Shown here: positions 18,036 to 26,239 of the stretch, in pieces | How the letters are laid out: each line of letters begins with the position of its first letter | Position numbering within the stretch: the stretch's first letter is position 1 | NCBI GenBank assembly: GCA_026225155.1 | Contig: JAMFSG010000078.1 | Span: 1 to 27,116 of the forward strand | From: Verrucomicrobiota bacterium | GTDB taxonomy: Bacteria; Verrucomicrobiota; Verrucomicrobiia; Limisphaerales; UBA11358 | Direction of reading: 5' to 3' | DNA length: 27,116 bases | Made by a program: the position numbers and the translations under genes | The notes under the pieces: generated by a model | Databases searched by the model: none | What the model saw: the letters and a program-made list of their open reading frames with translations, nothing else | What the model was told of the DNA's origin: nothing

Positions 18036-18166
18036 CTGACATTCAAATTTCCATTACGGCAACGCAAGCCGACGATAGCCCAAAAGATTTAGAATCGAAT
18101 AAAGCTTTGCGAGGCTCGTGTCGACTTGCAGTCTATTTTCGGATTCGTAACTCACTTAAAAATGAA

Positions 18167-19261
18167 TTACGCCATAGCCGCTTCCGTTTCGCAATTTTCT
18201 TTCCCACAGCCGCAGCCGCCTTCTTCCTGATCGCTGAAATCGTGGCTGTCCCAGTTCGGGTCGAGGCCGAGGTCTTTGAGCATTTGCAGATCTTTTTCGA
18301 CGGGCTGGTTCAGCGTGGTGAGATAGTTGCCGACCATCAGCGCGCTCGCGCCGGCCATGAAGATCATGCTTTGCGCGTCGCGCAGGTTCACGGTGCGGCC
18401 GCCGGCGATCATGATTTCCTGTCGCGGCAAAATGAAACGGAAGCACGCGATGGTCTTCAAAATTTCCATCACGGGCAACGGTTCTAGTTTTGCAAACGGC
18501 GTGCCGGGAATGGGATTGAGGATGTTGACGGGCACGACGTTCGCGCCGATGGCTTTCAATTCAAACGCGAGGTCGCAGCGGTCGGCGCGCGTCTCGCCCA
18601 TGCCGATGATGCCGCCGGAACAAATCTTGATGCCGGCCTTTTTCAGATAGCCGATGGTTTCGAGCCGGTCGTCGAACGTGTGCGTGGAGCAGGTCTGCGG
18701 AAAAAAGCGGCGCGAGCTTTCGAGATTGTGGCCGTAACATTCGAGGCCGGCTTCCTTGAGACGATTCGCGACTTCCTGTTTCTTGATGATGCCGAGCGAG
18801 GCGTCGGGGCGCGTCTTGCCGCCGGCCTTCAATTCGCGGATGCGGTCGCAGACTTCGTCGAGCATCGGGCCTTCGTTGAGGCCTTTCCACGCCGCGACGA
18901 GTCCGACGGCGGTGACGGAATTTTTATTTGCTTCGTCAGCGGCTTCGTTCACGGGTTCGGGTTCGATGAAACCGTATTTCGGCGAGCCGGTCTGGTAATG
19001 CGATGACTGCGCGCAGAAGCTGCAATTCTCCGAACACGCGCCGGCCTTGGCGTTGACGATGGAGCAGAGATGAATTTTGTTGCCCTTGAATTGTTCACGG
19101 ATGCGATTCGCCCACGACAGCAAATCCAGAATATCGGCGGACGATTCGAGATTGAAAAGCCACGACGCTTCGTCGCGGGAAATCTGGCCGCCGCCCAAAA
19201 CGCGCTGGCCGAGTTCGGAAATTTTGGTGTGCGTCATCGCGTCAACCGGTTTCGTCATCAT
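18167..19261 (-). CDS. bioB: Biotin synthase
   Basis: Radical SAM CSENCSFCAQSSHY, YGHNLESS, CSGGIIGMGE, VPVNILNP and AGGR. Confidence 0.95.
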   Translation of the reverse strand: MMTKPVDAMTHTKISELGQRVLGGGQISRDEASWLFNLESSADILDLLSWANRIREQFKGNKIHLCSIVNAKAGACSENCSFCAQSSHYQTGSPKYGFIEPEPVNEAADEANKNSVTAVGLVAAWKGLNEGPMLDEVCDRIRELKAGGKTRPDASLGIIKKQEVANRLKEAGLECYGHNLESSRRFFPQTCSTHTFDDRLETIGYLKKAGIKICSGGIIGMGETRADRCDLAFELKAIGANVVPVNILNPIPGTPFAKLEPLPVMEILKTIACFRFILPRQEIMIAGGRTVNLRDAQSMIFMAGASALMVGNYLTTLNQPVEKDLQMLKDLGLDPNWDSHDFSDQEEGGCGCGKENCETEAAMA

Positions 19262-19308
19262 GGTTGACAGACTAATCCGGGAAACGATTCGCGCAAGTTT
19301 TTCCCGAT

Positions 19309-19899
19309 TTATTCGACAACTTTGCCGAGGATATTTTGGCGCGGCACGGCGCCGAAAACGCGGCTGTCGGTGCTATTGCCGCGGTTGTCGCCGAGGACGA
19401 AGTATTGGTCTTTGCCGCAGCAGATCAATTCGTCTTCACTTTTTTCCAAAGCAAATGTGAGCGTGCGCGGCAAAAGATAATCTTCCTTGAGCCGCTGGCC
19501 GTTGACATAGACGACGCCGCATTTGAAATAAACTGATTCGCCGGGGAGGGCGATGATGCGTTTGACGATGAGCACGCCGTCCTGCGGATCTTTGACTTCG
19601 ACGATGTCGGTGCGTTGCGGGTCATTTTTCAAATAGACGCAATGGTTGACCCAATAATTTCCGTTATCCATTAAAGTGGGATCCATGCTATGGCCGGAAA
19701 CCTTGAGAGGTTGTAAAATAAAATGGCCAGCCAGAAAATAGCTCAAAATCGAAAGCAACAAAATCACGGTCAAGCTGCCGCATTGCCGGAAAAACCAAGG
19801 CCAAGACAAGCGCAACCGGAAATCCGCAAAAAAATGATAAACCGCAAACGGCAGGATTCTTTGAGACAGATGCATCATAACGACATGGGCTTTAAGCAT
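19309..19899 (-). CDS. lepB: Signal peptidase I
   Basis: TM segment followed by SGHSMDPTL (catalytic Ser), IVKRIIALPGE (catalytic Lys) and LGDNRGNSTDSR. Confidence 0.9.
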   Translation of the reverse strand: MLKAHVVMMHLSQRILPFAVYHFFADFRLRLSWPWFFRQCGSLTVILLLSILSYFLAGHFILQPLKVSGHSMDPTLMDNGNYWVNHCVYLKNDPQRTDIVEVKDPQDGVLIVKRIIALPGESVYFKCGVVYVNGQRLKEDYLLPRTLTFALEKSEDELICCGKDQYFVLGDNRGNSTDSRVFGAVPRQNILGKVVE

Positions 19900-20042
19900 A
19901 AGGCGAGCCGGGTTAAGCGGATTTTGAATGCAAACGCAAAACCCATTGGAAACAAAGGGGAAAATATTTTCCTGAAGAAAATGTTTTTTGATGTCGGCGG
20001 AAAAATGTGTAAAGGTTGCCGACTTTTTTGGGCTTTAAAATT

Positions 20043-20951
20043 TTACTGGGCCGGCTGCGGTGCGTGTGTGGGATGTGTGACATTGAGATATGCCGCGAGC
20101 GAGGCGATCTGAACGTCGGTCAGCGGACCGCCTTGCGAGCTGGAAAAGGCAGGCATGAGCGAACCGGGTTTGCCGTAAGTGATCCAGGTGCGCCAAAATT
20201 CTTGATTGGTCGGCACGGTTAATTTACTCAAATCAGGAACCATCTGCGCGCGGCGTTCGGCGTCGTGGCAGATGCCACAAACAGCGTCGTAAAGCTGCAC
20301 GCCATATTTGCCGTCGAGATTTTTCGCGTGGCAGCTGGCACAATCACCCTTGAAAACCGCCTGCCGATCCACTTTTGCCTTCGCCAGTCCGGCAGCGCGT
20401 TCTTCGTCGGTCATTTTTACCACGACCGGCGGCTGAATGTTGATTCGCAACATCAAATCTTTATTACCCTTGTCCGTCGTCACTTTTGCGGATTTGAAAA
20501 CCGTGCCGAATTTGCCGGCAAGATTGACGTTCAATTTGATCACCCCACCGGCTCCGGCCGGAATCGTCCACGGCGTCGGCGGCAATTCTGCCGTGGTGCA
20601 ACCGCAGGACGGGTGCACGTTTAAGACTGTGACATTATCCTTGGTGACGTTGGTGAAGCTAAAAGCGAACCGCGCAAAATCCTGCTCGGCGGCAGCATCC
20701 ACGGATTTGGACAATGCATCCCACGCAAACACTCCGTCCGGCAAAGCTTGTCCTGCATGCGAATAATCCGGCACATAAACCGGCGCGGTCGCCACCGCTG
20801 AAGTTATCGGCGGCGGAACTGGTGCGGAAACTTGCGGCGGTGCAGCGACGACTGCGGGTTTTGCGGGAGTAGGCGCGACTTGTTTATGTGCGCACGCCGT
20901 GATGAAAAAAGCGATTGCCAAGCAGCCAAGAAAGACACTGCGTAAATTCAT
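20043..20951 (-). CDS. Putative lipoprotein: DUF1573-like Ig domain fused to c-type cytochrome (2 CxxCH)
   Basis: Lipobox ITAC after a hydrophobic stretch (ATG at 20951). FSFTN..V.PSCGCT is DUF1573-like. Heme motifs CASCH (20328-20342) and CGICH (20265-20279), plus SLMPAF. Confidence 0.75.
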   Translation of the reverse strand: MNLRSVFLGCLAIAFFITACAHKQVAPTPAKPAVVAAPPQVSAPVPPPITSAVATAPVYVPDYSHAGQALPDGVFAWDALSKSVDAAAEQDFARFAFSFTNVTKDNVTVLNVHPSCGCTTAELPPTPWTIPAGAGGVIKLNVNLAGKFGTVFKSAKVTTDKGNKDLMLRINIQPPVVVKMTDEERAAGLAKAKVDRQAVFKGDCASCHAKNLDGKYGVQLYDAVCGICHDAERRAQMVPDLSKLTVPTNQEFWRTWITYGKPGSLMPAFSSSQGGPLTDVQIASLAAYLNVTHPTHAPQPAQ

Positions 20952-20994
20952 GATCCGAATTTTCAACGAGCCGCTTCCGTTTCGCAAGAATGAA

Positions 20995-22656
20995 TCACAG
21001 CCGGTTCAACGCGCTCAACACGGCTTTGATCGAAGCGAGTTCGATGTTCGTGTCCACGCCCGCGCCCCAGCGCGATTTGCCGTCGGCGGTTTTGATCTGG
21101 ATATAGGAAATCGCCGCTGCGGATTCGCTGGAACTCAATGCATGTTCGCTGTAACTGGAAATTTCAAATCGCGGAATGCCAATCGTTCCGAATCCATGAA
21201 CGAGCGCGGCTAGCGGGCCATTGCCTTCGCCGGAGAATTCAACTGGTTTGCCATCGCGCAATAATTTTGCGCGGCATTTCACGACGCCGTTTTTGCTTTC
21301 GGTCTCAAAACTTTGTAACGACCATGGCGAATTTTTTTCAACGTATTCGCGCCAGAACATCGCTTTCAATTCCGCGCCGCTCACTTCACGACCAAGCTTG
21401 TCCACGGCGTCGTTCGCAATCGGGCCGAACTCGCGCTGCATGTCCTTCGGCAATTCAATGCCGAATTCGCTTTCGAGCAGATACGCGACGCCGCCTTTGC
21501 CGGATTGCGAATTCACGCGGATGACTTCCTGATATTTGCGGCCGATGTCCGCCGGATCAATCGTGAGATACGGCACGTCCCAATGTTCACGTTTTTTATT
21601 TTCCCATTCCGCGAGACCTTTTTTGATCGCGTCCTGATGCGAACCGCTGAACGCGGTGAAAACCAATTCGCCCGCGTAAGGCTGGCGCGGCGGAACCGTC
21701 ATGCCGGTGCAACGTTCGTAAACTTCGATGATCGAACCGAGATTGGAGAAATCTAATTTCGGATCAATGCCGTGCATGAAAAGATTCAACGCGACGGTCA
21801 CAATGTCCAAATTGCCCGTGCGCTCGCCGTTGCCGAACAAAGTTCCTTCGACGCGATTTGCGCCGGCGAGCATTCCGAGTTCCGTCGCGGCGACGCCGGT
21901 GCAACGATCATTATGCGTGTGCAAACTGATGATGAGCGAATCGCGGTTTTTGATGTTGCGGCACATCCATTCGATTTGATCCGCATAAACATTGGGCATC
22001 GCGACTTCGACCGTGTCCGGCAAATTCAAAATCATTTTCCGCTGCGGCGTCGGCTGCCAGACGTCCATGACCGCTTCGGAAATTTCCTTCGCGAATTCCA
22101 CTTCCGTCATGCTGAAACTTTCCGGCGAATATTGGAGCATCACTTCCGTGCCGCCGGCTTCAAGCCGATGCAAACGCTCTTTGATCCACTGCGCACCTCG
22201 CACGGCGATGGCTTTGATTTCGTCCTTCGATTTTCCGAACACGACGCGGCGCTGCGCGGGCGAAGTGGAATTATACAAATGGATGATGACTTTTTTTGCG
22301 CCGATCAAAGACTCAACCGTCCGTTCGATCAAATCTTCGCGTGCCTGCACGAGCACCTGCAACCACACGTCGTCCGGCGCGTGACCTTTTTCGATGAGCA
22401 AACGGTTGAAGGCAAATTCCGTGTTCGACGCCGACGGAAAACCGACTTCAATTTCCTTGAAGCCGATCTTCACGAGCGTCTGGAACAATTCCAATTTTTG
22501 CGACACGTTCATCGGCACGGCGAGCGCCTGGTTGCCGTCGCGCAAATCCACGCTCGCCCAGCGCGGCGCGTGCGTGAGTTCGCGCGAAGGCCATTGGCGG
22601 TCGGCCAATTTCGGCGCGTGTTGGAACGGACGATATTTCGATGACGGATTTTGCAT
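20995..22656 (-). CDS. leuA: 2-isopropylmalate synthase (yeast/actinobacterial-type)
   Basis: SVDLRDGNQAL, EIEVGFPSAS, YSPESF, NLPDTVE, SLHTHNDR, GNGERTGN, TAFSGSHQDAIKKG and RVNSQSGKGG. Confidence 0.96.
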   Translation of the reverse strand: MQNPSSKYRPFQHAPKLADRQWPSRELTHAPRWASVDLRDGNQALAVPMNVSQKLELFQTLVKIGFKEIEVGFPSASNTEFAFNRLLIEKGHAPDDVWLQVLVQAREDLIERTVESLIGAKKVIIHLYNSTSPAQRRVVFGKSKDEIKAIAVRGAQWIKERLHRLEAGGTEVMLQYSPESFSMTEVEFAKEISEAVMDVWQPTPQRKMILNLPDTVEVAMPNVYADQIEWMCRNIKNRDSLIISLHTHNDRCTGVAATELGMLAGANRVEGTLFGNGERTGNLDIVTVALNLFMHGIDPKLDFSNLGSIIEVYERCTGMTVPPRQPYAGELVFTAFSGSHQDAIKKGLAEWENKKREHWDVPYLTIDPADIGRKYQEVIRVNSQSGKGGVAYLLESEFGIELPKDMQREFGPIANDAVDKLGREVSGAELKAMFWREYVEKNSPWSLQSFETESKNGVVKCRAKLLRDGKPVEFSGEGNGPLAALVHGFGTIGIPRFEISSYSEHALSSSESAAAISYIQIKTADGKSRWGAGVDTNIELASIKAVLSALNRL

Positions 22657-22676
22657 AAACTTAAATGACTGAAAAA

Positions 22677-22834
22677 TTTAACCACGGATTAACACCGATG
22701 CGCACGGATAAAAACATCCGCAGATCGCGCCGATTTTCGCAGAAAAGATTCCGTGAAAAATCTGCGTTAATCCGCGCAATCTGCGGACAAAAATTTTTCC
22801 CATCCGTGTTCATCAGTGTTAATCCGTGGTTAAA
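22677..22834. repeat. Nested palindromic element with ~9-bp periodic arms in leuA 5' region
   Basis: Outer arms tttaaccacggattaacaccgatgcgcacggat (22677-22709) and atccgtgttcatcagtgttaatccgtggttaaa (22802-22834). Inner arms tccgcagatcgcgccgattttcgcaga (22717-22743) and tctgcgttaatccgcgcaatctgcgga (22761-22787). Confidence 0.88.
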
Positions 22835-22868
22835 AACAAAAAACCCACCGCCGAATCGGCAGTGGGTT
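22832..22868 (-). terminator. Attenuator terminator upstream of leuA
   Basis: The minus strand reads AACCCACTGCCG-ATT-CGGCGGTGGGTT followed by TTTTGTTTTT. Confidence 0.85.
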
Positions 22869-22887
22869 GATAAATTTCGTGAACGAA

Positions 22888-22953
22888 TCAAAACCCGACT
22901 GCCGCGCCGGTCAGCAGCGCGTTCGTAAGCAGCAGGTTTAAGTTTTGATTCAC
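22888..22953 (-). CDS. leuL: Leucine-rich leader peptide (MNQNLNLLLTNALLTGAAVGF)
   Basis: 21 codons containing 6 Leu. Its 3' end (CGGCAGTCGGGTT) is complementary to the 5' arm of the terminator. Not in the ORF track. Confidence 0.8.
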   Translation of the reverse strand: MNQNLNLLLTNALLTGAAVGF

Positions 22954-22959
22954 GCGTTG

Positions 22960-22988
22960 AAAATAAAGGCGATTTGCGTTGGCGTCAA
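22960..22988 (-). promoter_or_regulatory. Sigma70-type promoter of leuL-leuA
   Basis: Minus-strand TTGACG (22988-22983), 17-nt spacer, TATTTT (22965-22960), then 6 nt to the leader GTG. Confidence 0.6.
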
Positions 22989-23000
22989 TTATTTACTGGT

Positions 23001-24233
23001 TTAACCAATAAACGCCGCGTGCACGGCGCGTGTTGCGGCTTCGCCTTTGGCCAGGTCAATTGTCACGGAAATTTTGATTTCGCTCGTCGAGATCATGCCG
23101 ATGTTCACGCCTTCTTTCGCGAGCACGTCGAACATTTTTCCGGCGACACCGGTGTGCGATTTCATGCCGACGCCGACGATGGAAAGTTTGCCGATTTTTT
23201 CATCGGTCAAAACATCGTTGAAGCCGAGTTCTTTTTTGAGGCCGTCAATGACCTTTTGCGCCTTGAGCAAATCCGCCTTGTCGGTTGTGAAGGAAATATC
23301 CGTCGTCGGCGTATTGGTGGCCGTCTGCAAAGACCCGTGGGAAATATTTTGGACGATCATGTCCACGTTCACGGTCGCGTCGCCGAGCGCCTTGAAAACT
23401 TTCGCGGCCACGCCGGGTTTGTCGGGCACGCCGATGAGCGTGACCTTGGCCTGATTTTTGTCGAGCGCCACGCCGCGCACGACGACGTCTTCCATGCTTT
23501 TGGTTTCTTCTTTCACAATCGTTCCGGGGTTTTCGTTTAGGCTGGAGCGGACTTCAAACACGACTCCAAATTTTTTGGCAAATTCAACCGAGCGGCTCTG
23601 CATCACTTTGGCGCCGAGGCTCGCGAGTTCCAACATTTCGTCGTAGGAAATTTCGGGCAACTTTTTCGCGTTCGGCACGATGCGCGGATCGGCGGTATAA
23701 ACGCCATCAACGTCCGTATAAATCTGGCAAAGATCGGCTTTCAACGCAGCCGCCAGCGCAATCGCCGTCAAATCTGAACCGCCGCGACCGAGCGTAGTAA
23801 TTTGACCTTCGCGCGTTTCGCCTTGAAAACCGGCGACGATGACGACATTGCCTTGATCCAAAAGTTCGTGAACTTTTTTCGGCGTGATGTTGTGGATTTT
23901 CGCCTTCGTGTGAACGCCGTCGGTGACGATGCCCGCCTGCGCGCCGGTGAGCGAAACGGCTTTGACGCCGAGATTGTGCAGCGCGATCGCGGTCAACGCG
24001 ATGGTCTGCTGTTCGCCGGTCGCGAGGAGCATGTCCATCTCGCGTTCGCTCGGCAACGACATGATTTCCTTCGCGAGCTTGATGAGATTATCGGTGACAC
24101 CGCTCATCGCCGAAACGACGACGACAACCTGATCGCCGCGCGAACGATATTCCGCGACGCGCTTGGCGACGTTCTTGATGCGGTCGGGATTGCCGACCGA
24201 CGTGCCGCCATATTTTTGAACAATCAATGCCAT
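23001..24233 (-). CDS. lysC: Aspartate kinase (two ACT domains)
   Basis: VQKYGGTSVG, VVSAM, TLGRGGSDLTA, IYTDVDGVYTADPR and ISTSEIKIS. Confidence 0.95.
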   Translation of the reverse strand: MALIVQKYGGTSVGNPDRIKNVAKRVAEYRSRGDQVVVVVSAMSGVTDNLIKLAKEIMSLPSEREMDMLLATGEQQTIALTAIALHNLGVKAVSLTGAQAGIVTDGVHTKAKIHNITPKKVHELLDQGNVVIVAGFQGETREGQITTLGRGGSDLTAIALAAALKADLCQIYTDVDGVYTADPRIVPNAKKLPEISYDEMLELASLGAKVMQSRSVEFAKKFGVVFEVRSSLNENPGTIVKEETKSMEDVVVRGVALDKNQAKVTLIGVPDKPGVAAKVFKALGDATVNVDMIVQNISHGSLQTATNTPTTDISFTTDKADLLKAQKVIDGLKKELGFNDVLTDEKIGKLSIVGVGMKSHTGVAGKMFDVLAKEGVNIGMISTSEIKISVTIDLAKGEAATRAVHAAFIG

Positions 24234-24334
24234 AAAATTCCAAAGAGCTACAAAACTTCTGCCAAGCTCAAAACGGAAACGGAAGCATAGTCAGATGAAA
24301 GACGTTTGAAAAGACGGAATTGGAGAACCCAATT

Positions 24335-25687
24335 TTACGCGTGCTTCTGGATCAAATACGTTTTGAACTTCTCGTAATCCGCATCCATCCGGTCGAAATC
24401 TTCCGGCAGACGCAGCGAAGCAAGCATGTTCGTCGGCACGTCTGGTTCCCAGCCGACGACTTTTTGGACTTCGACGGGAAATTTCGCCGGGTTCGCGGTT
24501 TCGACAATGACGGCAGGCGAATTCGCCAGCGGTTCCATCGCGTTCCAATCTTGAAAACCTTGCCACGCGACGGAACCGTGCGGTTCGAGCAGGAGCTGAA
24601 ATTGATTCCAAAAATCGCGCAAGCCGGCGACCGTGCGCTCGTCGGAAATCGAGGAAGAAAAAATGTCGCGGCGCATCGCGTCGAGGTTCGGCGGTTGCAA
24701 AATTTTCCCCGTCTCGTCCATCTGACCGCCATAAACAGACACGAGCCGAGCGAGGTTGCTCGCGTGGCCGACGTTCATCGCGTTGGAAAGTGAGTTGCGG
24801 GACGGCGAAATTTTTTGATAGTCGCCGCTCGCCAAAAATTTTGGAAACGCATCGTTGTCATTGACGGCGGCGATGATTTTCCGCACGGGTAAACCCATTT
24901 CGCGCGCGACGATGGCGCCCATCATGTCGCCGAAATTACCGCTGGGAATCGAGAATACGACCGGTTCGCCCGCCTGCGCGACGCGCGACGCGGCGTAAAA
25001 ATAATAAACACTCTGCGGCAGCAAACGTCCGATGTTGATGGAATTCGCGGACGACAGCGGAATGTGTTTCAAGTCCGCGTCGGCAAAAGCGCGTTTCACC
25101 ATCGCCTGACAGTCGTCGAATTTTCCGTCAACGGCGACGGTGCGAATGTTGTCGCGCAAGGTCGTCATCAATTTGCGCTGGCTTTCGCTCACTTCCGCGA
25201 TCGGAAAAAGCACGATGACACGAACGCCGGGAATTTTGTGGAACGCATGCGCCACGGCGGAACCCGTGTCGCCGCTCGTCGCAGTGAGAATCGTGACTTG
25301 CCGGTTGTCTTCGCGCAGAAATTTACCGAACAACCGCGCCATCATCTGCGCGGCAAAATCTTTGAACGACGCCGTCGGACCTTGATCGAGGCGCATCAGG
25401 AACGTGCGGAAGTTCACGACTTCCAGCGGCACGGGAAAATTGTAGGCATCCGCGCAAAACTTCGCGAGTTCAGGCGGCGACACAATGCCATCGGTAAATT
25501 TGGACAAAACGCGGAAGGCGATTTCGTGATAGGGCAGCCGCGAAAACGCCGCGAGTTCGTTGAACGTGAAACGCGGAAATTGTTTGGGAAAATAAAGTCC
25601 GCGATCCGGCGCCTGGCCGGCGAGCAACGCCTCGCGCAAATTGACGGCGGGCGATTGACCGTTGGTGGAATGAAAAAGCAGGGGCAT
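24335..25687 (-). CDS. thrC: Threonine synthase
   Basis: GPTASFKDFAA (PLP Lys), TATSGDTG, SANSINIGRL, IPSGNFG and TANPAKF. Confidence 0.95.
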   Translation of the reverse strand: MPLLFHSTNGQSPAVNLREALLAGQAPDRGLYFPKQFPRFTFNELAAFSRLPYHEIAFRVLSKFTDGIVSPPELAKFCADAYNFPVPLEVVNFRTFLMRLDQGPTASFKDFAAQMMARLFGKFLREDNRQVTILTATSGDTGSAVAHAFHKIPGVRVIVLFPIAEVSESQRKLMTTLRDNIRTVAVDGKFDDCQAMVKRAFADADLKHIPLSSANSINIGRLLPQSVYYFYAASRVAQAGEPVVFSIPSGNFGDMMGAIVAREMGLPVRKIIAAVNDNDAFPKFLASGDYQKISPSRNSLSNAMNVGHASNLARLVSVYGGQMDETGKILQPPNLDAMRRDIFSSSISDERTVAGLRDFWNQFQLLLEPHGSVAWQGFQDWNAMEPLANSPAVIVETANPAKFPVEVQKVVGWEPDVPTNMLASLRLPEDFDRMDADYEKFKTYLIQKHA

Positions 25688-25696
25688 ATTAAAATA

Positions 25697-26014
25697 TCAG
25701 CGCAGACCTTCCCAGCGGCGCAATACGGTTTCGATTTCTAATAAATGTTCCGCCGTCATCGTCCCGAGTCGGCGGATGAATTGCGGCGTCACCAGTGGAA
25801 ATATGGCCTGAATATTGAATGCGCCTTTTTCCAGCCAGCGGATCGGCAATGGCACTTCAAATTCCGAGCCGATAACCTTGGTCGTGTGCGGCACGACAGT
25901 GATGAGCGCGCGGTCGGTGTCTTGGAAAGGAATGCTGATGACCACGACCGGACGGACTTTTGCCGCCATACCGCAATCTGCCAGCCAGACTTCACCACGT
26001 TGCGGGCGGTTCAT
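25697..26014 (-). CDS. Type II TA toxin, PemK/MazF family
   Basis: RPQRGEVWLAD..K.RPVVVIS...VVPHTT pattern, 105 aa, with an ATGA overlap to the upstream small gene. Confidence 0.82.
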   Translation of the reverse strand: MNRPQRGEVWLADCGMAAKVRPVVVISIPFQDTDRALITVVPHTTKVIGSEFEVPLPIRWLEKGAFNIQAIFPLVTPQFIRRLGTMTAEHLLEIETVLRRWEGLR

Positions 26015-26220
26015 GGCTTCGCTGGTTCTCCGTCAATCATTTGCAGTGCCTGGTCTTGGATGGCGCGCAAGTCATCTTCGGTGAATGTGCCGTAAGCGTC
26101 GTCAAAAATGATCCCGACCTTGCGTTCGCGATAAGCCTGAAGAACCACGCGTTCGACTTCACGCAACTCAGCATTGGTCAGGCGGGGAATGACTTCAGTG
26201 ATTTCAGCAACCGTGCTCAT
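26011..26220 (-). CDS. Putative antitoxin (small acidic protein, MSTVAEI...)
   Basis: 69 aa from the ATG at 26220. Its stop overlaps the toxin start (translational coupling) and its C-terminal half is acidic. Confidence 0.6.
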   Translation of the reverse strand: MSTVAEITEVIPRLTNAELREVERVVLQAYRERKVGIIFDDAYGTFTEDDLRAIQDQALQMIDGEPAKP

Positions 26221-26239
26221 GCCATTGACAATACCGGAT

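Noticed and set aside
26225-26230. Perfect TTGACA on the plus strand as an antisense promoter into hom
   Set aside because: There is no credible -10 hexamer at 16-18 nt spacing.
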